From a virus (lineage: Duplodnaviria; Caudoviricetes), in IMG/VR virus record IMGVR_UViG_3300022654_000689: a stretch of DNA of 64,000 nt. One strand, given 5' to 3'. The position numbers were made by a program, and so were the translations under genes. Below, piece after piece: positions 38,561-47,256 of the stretch; the stretch's first letter is position 1; each line of letters begins with the position of its first letter. Under the pieces are notes generated by a model, which was not told the origin of the DNA, made no database searches, and saw nothing but the letters and a program-made list of their open reading frames with translations.

Positions 38561-40324
38561 CTAATTACCATACTCAATGTAACCTATAAGCCATTCCCCT
38601 ATATAAGTAAAAATAAACTCATAAGTTCTATTAGCATTTATTTCGGGTTGTTTTTGATACTTACCAGGTGGGAATATTAAAGTTAAATCAGCCAATGTTG
38701 AAAAATATAAGTGTATTTCAGTAAAATCTGTTACTGTTGGTAAAACTATTTCAGTTCCATCTGTTATTTCAACTTTTTGATATTTATCAGTAGTCAAATT
38801 AATTACTGAATCATTTACATTAATTATATTTAATGTAGGATTAACTATATTATCTACATATAATTTAGTTGTTAAATCATTATCATTAGTAGGCGTTCCA
38901 TCTACACTTACATTGCCTTGGAACCATGCATTACCATCCCAATCTAATGTATGAGCATTTTTACGATTAGCTTCGCTAGTCCCATTACCAACTATATGAG
39001 CATATGTATTTGCTGCATCTTCAATGTTATATTTACCTTGCACATGTTGATAACTGCTACTTGCTTTTGTATAATATCCTTCTGCGTGTGATGCGTATTG
39101 ACCATTCGCTTCTGTTTTATAGCCTTCTGCATGACCATAATACGTACCTCTTGCAGTTTTAGTATTTGCTCCTTCAGTATGACCTCTTTCCCCATTGGCT
39201 TCTGTTTCATAGCCTTCTGCATGAGATGCTCCACCTATTGCAATTGATCTAATACCTTCGGAATGAGATCCATTACCTAATGCGCTAGTACGGTTTCCTT
39301 CAGCATGAGCTGCATGTCCTAAAGCTTTTGTACCAACACCTTCGGCATGTGCCCCTGTTTCTACAGCCATAGTTTCTGTTCCTTCTGAATGAGAAAAATC
39401 TCCAGTTGCTTTATTATTTTCGTAATCATTAAATATTTCTGAACCTTCTCCGGCTGTTCTTTCAATATTATCGACTTGCTCAGGATAACCATCTGAACCT
39501 GTTTGGGCTATAGACACTACACAAGTCTCGCCTTCAAATTTTTTACCAGTTATATAATCAACAAATTGAGAAGGTAATTCTTTTAATTCTCCTTCCAATA
39601 AAAATGTCATATTGTAATTTTTGACATAGAATTCATAACCATCAACTTGTACTTTAAAAAACCAGATTCCTGGTGTCAGAGTATATTCTTCATCATAATT
39701 AAATAATGTTACAGTAGATTCACTATAAACAAAGATTATATAGTCGTTAAAATTGATATAGGAATCATTCTTATCTACATTTGGATTTTGTATTTGTCTA
39801 GTGGATTCACCTCCGTCAGTATCAAACCCGGTTACTTCAAGGCTAAATAATTCACCATTTACAACTGGCGCTGTGTCAGATACTTTAACAAAATATTCTG
39901 CTGGACTAAGTTCTACAACAGTTTTATCTGTCAAATTTCCATCAAAAACAACTGGAGAAGTTATAGTCTCAAAAACTCTATTATCATAACAAGGTAAATC
40001 TTCTAAATCTACTTTATTATTCCAATACTCCTTTTCCTCTTCAGTTACTTGTATAAATTCTTCATTAGTATCATTTATTTCTAAATACAATGTATTTTCA
40101 TCACGATTTTCTATTTTTTCTAATTCTTCTGTAGTTCCTACCCATAACGAATAACCATTAAGAGTTACTGCATTCACATCGACAAATTTATTGTCTACAT
40201 AATTTATTGTAGCAAAATTTTCTATTATACTGTCTAATGATTCACCATTATTATATACACAATCAATTCTAGTGACAGGAACTATGTTATTCCCATTTTC
40301 TTTAAGTATTTTTTTAATTGCCAT
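38561..40324 (-). CDS. Tail fibre protein with HAEG (YadA/Hep-Hag-like beta-roll) repeats
   Basis: About nine H(A/S/T)EGxxTxAxG repeats; N-terminal KKILK...PVTRIDCV module; late promoter 40369-40358. Confidence 0.8.
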   Translation of the reverse strand: MAIKKILKENGNNIVPVTRIDCVYNNGESLDSIIENFATINYVDNKFVDVNAVTLNGYSLWVGTTEELEKIENRDENTLYLEINDTNEEFIQVTEEEKEYWNNKVDLEDLPCYDNRVFETITSPVVFDGNLTDKTVVELSPAEYFVKVSDTAPVVNGELFSLEVTGFDTDGGESTRQIQNPNVDKNDSYINFNDYIIFVYSESTVTLFNYDEEYTLTPGIWFFKVQVDGYEFYVKNYNMTFLLEGELKELPSQFVDYITGKKFEGETCVVSIAQTGSDGYPEQVDNIERTAGEGSEIFNDYENNKATGDFSHSEGTETMAVETGAHAEGVGTKALGHAAHAEGNRTSALGNGSHSEGIRSIAIGGASHAEGYETEANGERGHTEGANTKTARGTYYGHAEGYKTEANGQYASHAEGYYTKASSSYQHVQGKYNIEDAANTYAHIVGNGTSEANRKNAHTLDWDGNAWFQGNVSVDGTPTNDNDLTTKLYVDNIVNPTLNIINVNDSVINLTTDKYQKVEITDGTEIVLPTVTDFTEIHLYFSTLADLTLIFPPGKYQKQPEINANRTYEFIFTYIGEWLIGYIEYGN

Positions 40325-40391
40325 TGTTTTACCCCTTTCTTATCATAATATACAATATAATTAACTGTTTTCTTAAAAAAATAGAGGATGA

Positions 40392-41240
40392 CTAATCATA
40401 GTCATCCTCTTTTAAAATTTTTCCCATAATATATGCAAATACAGGAGTTTTATAAAGTTTTAAATCTTTATTCATTTTATAAAATTGGTCTATAATATTT
40501 TCGTCTCTATTAATTTTAAGTACTCCGTTTAAATCTTTAGAATACCCTACTATATATTGAAGCAAAAATAACCAATTTCGTATTTCTATAAAATTAATTG
40601 TACCTGGGTGTTGTCTAAATTCTATTGTATTAACATGTCTTCTGTAAGATCTTGCATTAACAACTTTGTGTCTAGTTTTCATAAAGAAACCTATCTGTTC
40701 TTTACTTTTAGCATATCTAACTTTTTCAAGTTGTTCTAATTCAATTTCTTTACAGAATTTACAATTTCTAGCATATCTCTCTTCAGAAAATAAATTATCG
40801 ATTACATATTGATTGTTATAATAAAATACTAGTATATTTTTTATATCAGTATAGTCTAAAAATTCGCTGTCTATATGTACATGCAATCCACAAGTTGAAT
40901 CTACTTTAGCTCCGACTTTATTTAGAACCATACAAACCTTGCGTAATTCTTCTAATCCATCTTCGCCAGTTAAGGGTGGTGATACTACTTCTATTCCTTT
41001 TATTACTGTGTTTCCGTATAAATCTAATATAGGTTCTGTTCCTTCGTTAGTTACAGATCCATCATAAGTAATTTTCCATATTCCTTCTAAATCTATATGG
41101 TTATATGTTTGTATTTCTGCGTTTATTCCTAATTTTGTTAATTCATCTTTAATAATTTGTCTAGTACAACCGAAGCATTCTATTTCTATTCCAAATTTGA
41201 ATCTTAGATCTCGAATATCACCCTTATACACATAAATCAC
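40392..41240 (-). CDS. Putative amidoligase (COOH-NH2 ligase type 2); probable start GTG at 41231
   Basis: FGIEIE, WKITYDGSV, EVVSPPL, CGLHVHI, TIEFRQHPGT. Confidence 0.88.
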   Translation of the reverse strand: MIYVYKGDIRDLRFKFGIEIECFGCTRQIIKDELTKLGINAEIQTYNHIDLEGIWKITYDGSVTNEGTEPILDLYGNTVIKGIEVVSPPLTGEDGLEELRKVCMVLNKVGAKVDSTCGLHVHIDSEFLDYTDIKNILVFYYNNQYVIDNLFSEERYARNCKFCKEIELEQLEKVRYAKSKEQIGFFMKTRHKVVNARSYRRHVNTIEFRQHPGTINFIEIRNWLFLLQYIVGYSKDLNGVLKINRDENIIDQFYKMNKDLKLYKTPVFAYIMGKILKEDDYD

Positions 41241-41912
41241 CTACTTATCTTCAATTGTAGACATGATTATCGCTAATGCTAGTTTACCGGCATCGCCATG
41301 TTCATAGCCTGCTTCTTCAAGCATTTTAATTACATGGACTGCTGAATTAGCTTTATCTTCGTTTTTTAAAAAGAAGTCGGATTTTTCTAAAAAACGTTGG
41401 TGCTTTTTTCCAATATCACATTTTCTTTCTTTGTCACATTTACATTCATGAGGTACTTCTACTTCAACTATTTTTTCTACTACTTTTTCTACAACAATTG
41501 GTACTTCTTTTGTTATTTCAATAAATTTTTCTACTGGTACTTCTTTCTCAACAACCTTTTCAACTATTTTTTCTACTTCAACTGGTTCTTTAATTATCAC
41601 TGGTTTTTTATTTAATGCTTTTTTAAGTTCTTTACTAAGTTCTTTTATTTGTTTTTTAAGTTCTTTAATTTGGTCTTTAAGCTCAATTATTTGATCTACA
41701 TGATCACATTCTTCTACTATTTCTTCAAATTCTTCTTCTTGATTTTCTTCATATAAATGTTCTAGAAGATTAGTTAATTCATTTATTGACATTTTATTCA
41801 AATTATCTATCATTAATGGGAATATTACTTCACCCATTTCTTTCTCGATTAACAATATTAAATATTGTTTTTCTTTAAGAAGATCTTCTTTTTTTATTTT
41901 TTTATCAATCAT
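41241..41912 (-). CDS. Coiled-coil protein with EK(I/V)VE(V/K)xVP low-complexity repeats
   Basis: PVEVEKIVEKVVEKEVPVEK...; late promoter 41950-41939. Confidence 0.7.
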   Translation of the reverse strand: MIDKKIKKEDLLKEKQYLILLIEKEMGEVIFPLMIDNLNKMSINELTNLLEHLYEENQEEEFEEIVEECDHVDQIIELKDQIKELKKQIKELSKELKKALNKKPVIIKEPVEVEKIVEKVVEKEVPVEKFIEITKEVPIVVEKVVEKIVEVEVPHECKCDKERKCDIGKKHQRFLEKSDFFLKNEDKANSAVHVIKMLEEAGYEHGDAGKLALAIIMSTIEDK

Positions 41913-41972
41913 TATTTCTCACCCCGTAATATTTATATTAATATTCTGTTATTAAAAAATATAAAATAGAAA

Positions 41973-42010
41973 TAATTACAACTATAACATTATAGTTATA
42001 GTTGTAATTA
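41973..42010. terminator. Long hairpin downstream of fibre gene
   Basis: TAATTACAACTATAAC-ATTATA-GTTATAGTTGTAATTA. Confidence 0.55.
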
Positions 42011-42070
42011 TAATTTTATAAAAATCAAGACCTACAATAAACGGATATAAATCTCTGGTTCTAAATTTAC

Positions 42071-43342
42071 TTAAAATGAGCATCTTAACGCTGCTGTATA
42101 TAATGCGAAACCATAATAATAACTAGGACTACTATTATCAGCAAATACTCTTATAACATCTCCTTTTTTAACTGTTAACTCTTTTTGTATCAGATATGCC
42201 TGCATGTCATCATTGTCATAAGTAAGTGCATCCCATATTCCAGTATTTGGTATTGTCATAGTCGGTGTATTAGATGTAGTACAGTCATCAGTTGAATATA
42301 AACTATCGTTTATATAACAATATAATTTAGTACCACTACGACCAGTACATAACAATACTGTTTCAAATCTTACTGTACCTGAAACTGGCATTTCAAAACC
42401 TTCAATAAGATTAGCTCCTTCTGCAGCCCATTCACTACCACCATAATAAGCTGCATTAGCATCATAATATATACATACATTAGTATTTTCTGGTATAGGT
42501 GTATTTAATTCACAGCTATTAGCATTCTTTCTATCAAACTCTTCATCTGTTTTAACTATTAAATCAGCCATAGTATCCTCTTCTAAAACCTCTACACCTT
42601 CATCTTCAAGTACAGAAGCAAGAGAGTCTCTAAGAGTAGTATCTTCTTCTCCTACTCCATATGCAACCCAATTACATTTTGTATTAGTACCATAATAACT
42701 AGGTATATCAGCAGATAACGCAAATTCACCTTCTCTAACATAAGTATTAGTTCCATCTAATACGACCGATACTGCCAATTCACTTTTAGATGTTGTAGCA
42801 TAATAATATTCTGACGTAGTTGTAGATTTTAAAGAATTGTACATAAAACGTATAGCACCGCTATTCCATACAAAGATCAAATCAGGTGTAAACGAAAAAC
42901 CTGAAACACTACATATTAAAGGTTTTGATGTATCTGCAGATATTGCGTTTACTGTACCACTAGCCATCTGTATGCCTTTACCTTCATTATCTGCCAATGT
43001 AGCTAACTTATCTATTAAAGCTTTAAACTTATCTCCACTTTCTATAGCAACACCATTAATCATCATATTAGTTTTAAATGTATTTAGAAGACTATTTATA
43101 TCTCCACTCATATCATTAAAAGTATCCTCTGCACTTAGAGGCTCTCCAATAGCGTCAGCTATAAGTTCTTTACCATCATTAACACCTTGATTTAGTTCGT
43201 TAACCGCATTAACTACATTATCTTTATTAGTAGTTTGCAAATTATTAAGTTCACCTATATTACTGCTAGCCACATTATACTTACCATCAACATAATTTTT
43301 AACACGTTCTAATGAATTTCTTAATATTTCCGATATATTCAT
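42071..43342 (-). CDS. Tail fibre/receptor-binding protein, paralogue A
   Basis: N-terminal ~123 aa and an internal 47-aa block near-identical to 43643..45319; late promoter 43386-43375. Confidence 0.8.
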   Translation of the reverse strand: MNISEILRNSLERVKNYVDGKYNVASSNIGELNNLQTTNKDNVVNAVNELNQGVNDGKELIADAIGEPLSAEDTFNDMSGDINSLLNTFKTNMMINGVAIESGDKFKALIDKLATLADNEGKGIQMASGTVNAISADTSKPLICSVSGFSFTPDLIFVWNSGAIRFMYNSLKSTTTSEYYYATTSKSELAVSVVLDGTNTYVREGEFALSADIPSYYGTNTKCNWVAYGVGEEDTTLRDSLASVLEDEGVEVLEEDTMADLIVKTDEEFDRKNANSCELNTPIPENTNVCIYYDANAAYYGGSEWAAEGANLIEGFEMPVSGTVRFETVLLCTGRSGTKLYCYINDSLYSTDDCTTSNTPTMTIPNTGIWDALTYDNDDMQAYLIQKELTVKKGDVIRVFADNSSPSYYYGFALYTAALRCSF

Positions 43343-43420
43343 TTATATTTCCTCCTTTTATAATATTATCTTAATATTAATTTGTTAATATGCTATTATA
43401 TCTTTAATATAGTTATTTTT

Positions 43421-43600
43421 CTAACTAGATTTTACTTTAACGAGTTGAACTATCATTCTATTACCTGCTTCAGCTACTTCTCATACTCCAGGATTACTAG
43501 ATTTAACACAAAGTCACATTACCTCATCATTTGCATTTTCATCGATATTAACAATTAAATCGACTTTAACAAAATATACTTCTAATATTGTTAAAAGAAA
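43421..43600 (-). pseudogene. Decayed tail-fibre fragment (DLIVN...M*LCVKSSNPGV*EV)
   Basis: Reads as the W-x-C-x3-G-x-P-G-x-W fibre motif if the TGA codons at 43516 and 43483 were TGG. Confidence 0.4.
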
Positions 43601-43601
43601 A

Positions 43602-43630
43602 ATAGAATATAGTCAAAGACTATATTCTAT
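43602..43630 (-). terminator. Intrinsic terminator after paralogue B
   Basis: ATAGAATATAGTC-AAA-GACTATATTCTAT plus T-run on the minus strand. Confidence 0.65.
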
Positions 43631-43642
43631 AATTAAAAATAA

Positions 43643-45319
43643 TTAGTATAGTTCTATATCAGAGATATATACAGTTCCTGAATGTTGATCCTCTGAATGA
43701 ATAGCAAATCCTAAATAATATGAACCACTCCAATTTGATATATCTATTTCAAATTCTAACGGTTCCATTACACTACGAGCTTCTGTTATTAAAACCTCAC
43801 ATTTATCTACAGCACCTAAACCAGTTAATACTGAATTTATATTAACTGAGTTATGAGTAGAACTACGTGTTCCACTAAATGCTACTATTTTAGTTGGAAG
43901 CTCTCCATAATCATCTGAAGTGAAGAAACTATGTCGAGCTTTAATTCTTATTTTATTAAAATCTGAGAAATTGATCAATGTTTTAAGAGTTGAACCACTT
44001 CTGTTATGACCATCATAATCTCCAACACTACCAGAAAGACCAGAGCCTTTTAATTGTAAACCATCCGTAGTACTGTATAAAACAAATGGGCTTGATGTGT
44101 TAAATATAAAGTTTCCTCCAGTTACATATGCTTTATCTTCCATTATAGATACTGATTTTTGAGTTAATTGTTCCCATTGTGAGTTTCTATAAATATACGA
44201 TGACAATCTTGTAGTATGCCCTTGTAATACTTTATATATATAGTAATTATGTTTAATGTTATTCGTATTAACAGTTACTAAATTACCAAGATGCCCATCA
44301 TGAGTAGTAGAATCTCCTACATATAATGTAATACCATCATCATTGTTATATACATCATCATAATTTGAAGTTATGTAAAATAAATTAACTGGATTATCTG
44401 TTATTACACATATTTGATTTTCTTTACCAGTAGCAGGTAATTCAGTGGCACTTATTATATCTAATCCTTTATTAGCATTTTTTCTATCAAACTCTTCGTC
44501 AGTTTTAACTATTAAATCAGCCATAGTATCTTCTTCTAAAACCTCTACATCTTCATCTTCAAGTACAGAAGCAAGAGAGTCTCTAAGAGTATTATCTTCT
44601 TCTCCTACTCCTATTGCATACCAAGTAAATTCTGTAGCTTCAATTGGTACATCATGTACAGCTAACCTAAATCCATTATCAGATAGTGCATTAGTAAAAT
44701 TAAATCTGTTCCCTTCTTCATAAGAAGTGTTAGTTATTCCTTTAATAAAATAAGTACAAATAACATTATTATCGTAAAAATCTGTTGTTATTCCTATTGC
44801 ATTATAATCATTACCGTCAGTTAATTTAGCGTTTGCAATTACTAAATTTGGTTTAAATGATAAATCTGTTACTACTAAACCGTATGCGTATATACTTCGA
44901 TGCTCAATATCAACTAACTCACCGGTAAATGTACCTGAAGCTAACTGCATTCCTCTGCCTTCATTATCTGCTAATGTAGCTATCTTATCTATAAGTTGTT
45001 TAAACTTATCTCCACTTTCTACTGTTACTCCATTATTCATCATATTAGTCTTAAATGTAGTTAATAATCCATTTATATCTCCACTCATATCATTAAAAGT
45101 ATCCTCTGCGCTTAGAGGTTCTCCAATAGCGTCAGCTATAAGTTCTTTACCATCATTAACACCTTGATTTAGTTCGTTAACCGCATTAACTACATTATCT
45201 TTATTAATAGTTTGCAAATTATTAAGTTCACCTATATTATTACTAGCAGTATTATATTTACCATCAACATAATTTTTAACACATTCTAATGAATTTCTTA
45301 ATATTTCCGATATATTCAT
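43643..45319 (-). CDS. Tail fibre/receptor-binding protein, paralogue B
   Basis: Shares constant blocks with 42071..43342; different variable domains. Confidence 0.8.
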   Translation of the reverse strand: MNISEILRNSLECVKNYVDGKYNTASNNIGELNNLQTINKDNVVNAVNELNQGVNDGKELIADAIGEPLSAEDTFNDMSGDINGLLTTFKTNMMNNGVTVESGDKFKQLIDKIATLADNEGRGMQLASGTFTGELVDIEHRSIYAYGLVVTDLSFKPNLVIANAKLTDGNDYNAIGITTDFYDNNVICTYFIKGITNTSYEEGNRFNFTNALSDNGFRLAVHDVPIEATEFTWYAIGVGEEDNTLRDSLASVLEDEDVEVLEEDTMADLIVKTDEEFDRKNANKGLDIISATELPATGKENQICVITDNPVNLFYITSNYDDVYNNDDGITLYVGDSTTHDGHLGNLVTVNTNNIKHNYYIYKVLQGHTTRLSSYIYRNSQWEQLTQKSVSIMEDKAYVTGGNFIFNTSSPFVLYSTTDGLQLKGSGLSGSVGDYDGHNRSGSTLKTLINFSDFNKIRIKARHSFFTSDDYGELPTKIVAFSGTRSSTHNSVNINSVLTGLGAVDKCEVLITEARSVMEPLEFEIDISNWSGSYYLGFAIHSEDQHSGTVYISDIELY

Positions 45320-45360
45320 TTATATCTCCTCCTTATTCATTTTTTTTTAAATTCACCAAC

Positions 45361-45510
45361 CTATCCTTCGAATATTGAATTCATTAGTTCATCTAATTCC
45401 TCTTCAGTTATTAATTCAGCTTCAGCCATATTACATTTATTATCAACATATTCTTTAAGAACGCCTAATACGTTTTTTAATTCTTGCATTGATATTGTTT
45501 TTTCTTGCAT
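45361..45510 (-). CDS. 49-aa adaptor mini-protein, copy 2 (MQEKTISMQELKNVLGVLKEYVD...ITEEELDELMNSIFEG)
   Basis: Not in ORF track; AAGGAG RBS; near-identical duplicate at 45779..45928. Confidence 0.75.
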   Translation of the reverse strand: MQEKTISMQELKNVLGVLKEYVDNKCNMAEAELITEEELDELMNSIFEG

Positions 45511-45533
45511 TTTAATCGTCTCCTTAATTTATT

Positions 45534-45716
45534 TTATAATTTTGAATGTATTTCATTGATAGCATTTACTAAATTACTTTTGTCATTTGTATTTAATAAT
45601 TCTAAATTACCTATACGATTAGATATACTATCAGCATTACCTTCTAAATTAAATTTATTATCAGTATATAATTTAATTCTTTCTAATGTTTTTTCTAGTA
45701 TTTGTGTTATTGTCAT
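45534..45716 (-). CDS. 60-aa mini-protein equivalent to the N-terminus of fibre paralogues A/B
   Basis: ILEKTLERIKLYTD + IGNLELLNTNDKSNLVNAINE. Confidence 0.7.
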   Translation of the reverse strand: MTITQILEKTLERIKLYTDNKFNLEGNADSISNRIGNLELLNTNDKSNLVNAINEIHSKL

Positions 45717-45778
45717 TTATATTCACATCCTTTTATTTAGATTTTAGATATATTTACTTCAGCTCCAAATAATTTCGA

Positions 45779-45928
45779 TTATCCTTCAAATATTGAATTC
45801 ATTAGTTCATTTAATTCGTCTTCAGTTATTAGTTCAGCTTCAGCCATATTACATTTATTATCAACATATTCTTTAAGAACACCTAATACGTTTTTTAATT
45901 CTTGCATTGATATTGTTTTTTCTTGCAT
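45779..45928 (-). CDS. 49-aa adaptor mini-protein, copy 1
   Basis: Not in ORF track; GAGGAG RBS; differs from copy 2 by two residues plus synonymous changes. Confidence 0.75.
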   Translation of the reverse strand: MQEKTISMQELKNVLGVLKEYVDNKCNMAEAELITEDELNELMNSIFEG

Positions 45929-45957
45929 TTTAATCGTCTCCTCTTAATTTATTTTAT

Positions 45958-46176
45958 TTAAGATCCAAATACTGATAAAAAGATATTATTTAATTCCTCT
46001 TCAGTCATTGGCTCTATAGGCATTTTAGACTCAATTTTTGTATTAACTTCATTTATTTCTTGTTCCAATACTGTATCTAATGTACTGTTATTATAACCAT
46101 CTACATATACGCAATCTGCTCTAGTTATAGGCCATATTTGATTTCCATTTTCTTTAAGAATTTTTTTGTTGGCCAT
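45958..46176 (-). CDS. 72-aa adaptor mini-protein (KKILK module + TEEEL module)
   Basis: MANKKILKENGNQIWPITRADCV ... MTEEELNNIF. Confidence 0.75.
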   Translation of the reverse strand: MANKKILKENGNQIWPITRADCVYVDGYNNSTLDTVLEQEINEVNTKIESKMPIEPMTEEELNNIFLSVFGS

Positions 46177-46197
46177 TTATAACCCCTCCCTTTCATA

Positions 46198-47067
46198 CTA
46201 TATTCCAACTGCTGTAAATATTGCATTTAACTCATCTTCAGTTATATCATCTATTTTAGTATCAAGTTCATTATTTAAATTATTTATTTCTGTTTGTAAT
46301 TCATTAATACATGCAACCATATTATCTTTTGCATCAGTTAATAATTCATCACCATTTCCAATTGAAGTTAATAAAGTGTTTATAGATGTATCAAAATAAC
46401 TTAAATAAGCTGTTAGTTGGGTACCATCATCATCAATTACAGTATTGAAACGTACCATCGGGCTTATTATTCTTTCGCCTTTAATTAATGTATGAGAATC
46501 ATAAACTTCGCCTTCTTGAAATAAGGTACTCTGAATAAAATTAGCTGCTGCAACACTTGTATCTAATTTATTACCATTTAAAACTTCTAACGCTCCCGTT
46601 ATTTCAGCAACTTCCCCATTTATAACTTCATTGATATCTTCTATTTTACCATCGATTTCAGTTTCAGTATAATATCTGTTATCGTGATTATGAGTAGTTA
46701 CATCACCAGTTAACTTAGCTTCTATTTCAGCTTTAGTTATATCACTATTTTTTTGAGCATCAACAGGAGCATGCGCGGCTTGTGAGTGATCATAAGCTAT
46801 TTTCCCTCTATCGCCTCTATAAGCTGTAGTAGAAGTTTCTCCTAATATAGGTGCGAAAGTTGAAGGCTTATTAGTCACATCATTCCAGTTAGGAACCCAA
46901 GTATTAGACCTAGCCCCTACTTCATCAGCAGTATGGGTATGTGATATATCTGATTTTCCAGCCAATGCACTAACTAAAGTATTAGAAGTACCAGGCATAT
47001 ATACAGCATCAGCTCTGGTAATAGGAATTATATTTTCAGTGCCTAATTTAAGTATTTTTTTAGCCAT
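46198..47067 (-). CDS. Short fibre protein
   Basis: KKILK N-module, HTH and HNHDNRYYTETE fibre motifs, GDRGKIAYDHS, C-terminal ITEDELNAIF; late promoter 47133-47122. Confidence 0.8.
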   Translation of the reverse strand: MAKKILKLGTENIIPITRADAVYMPGTSNTLVSALAGKSDISHTHTADEVGARSNTWVPNWNDVTNKPSTFAPILGETSTTAYRGDRGKIAYDHSQAAHAPVDAQKNSDITKAEIEAKLTGDVTTHNHDNRYYTETEIDGKIEDINEVINGEVAEITGALEVLNGNKLDTSVAAANFIQSTLFQEGEVYDSHTLIKGERIISPMVRFNTVIDDDGTQLTAYLSYFDTSINTLLTSIGNGDELLTDAKDNMVACINELQTEINNLNNELDTKIDDITEDELNAIFTAVGI

Positions 47068-47218
47068 ACTTGTCTATTTCTCCTTTCTATCATATCATAA
47101 TACCTCTTAAAATAAATAACATATAAATTTGTTTTTATAATGTTGGAAAGGTATTACTTTCTTAATCATATAATTATTTTATTAAAACTTTAAATGGTTA
47201 AAGGTAAATAATAAAATA

Positions 47219-47244
47219 GAAGAATAGGTGTACACCTATTCTTC
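47219..47244 (-). terminator. Palindromic hairpin
   Basis: GAAGAATAGGTGTACACCTATTCTTC. Confidence 0.6.
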
Positions 47245-47256
47245 ATTAAATAAATC

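Noticed and set aside
609-41243. TAG recoding/readthrough: several TAG stops are in frame with the next gene (622/609, 1018/999, 17177/17208, 38561/38554, 38270/38269, 41241/41240)
   Set aside because: Long genes are intact in code 11, downstream genes have their own SD (often overlapping TAGGAG, which constrains spacing), and no suppressor tRNA is visible.
28461-45319. Diversity-generating retroelement acting on LRR or fibre genes (many variable codons are NNT)
   Set aside because: No reverse transcriptase or non-coding template repeat in the window; framework AAT codons are unchanged and NNT is expected at this AT content. A remote DGR cannot be excluded.
42071-45928. Invertible shufflon
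   Set aside because: Repeats are direct, not inverted, and no site-specific recombinase is present in the window.
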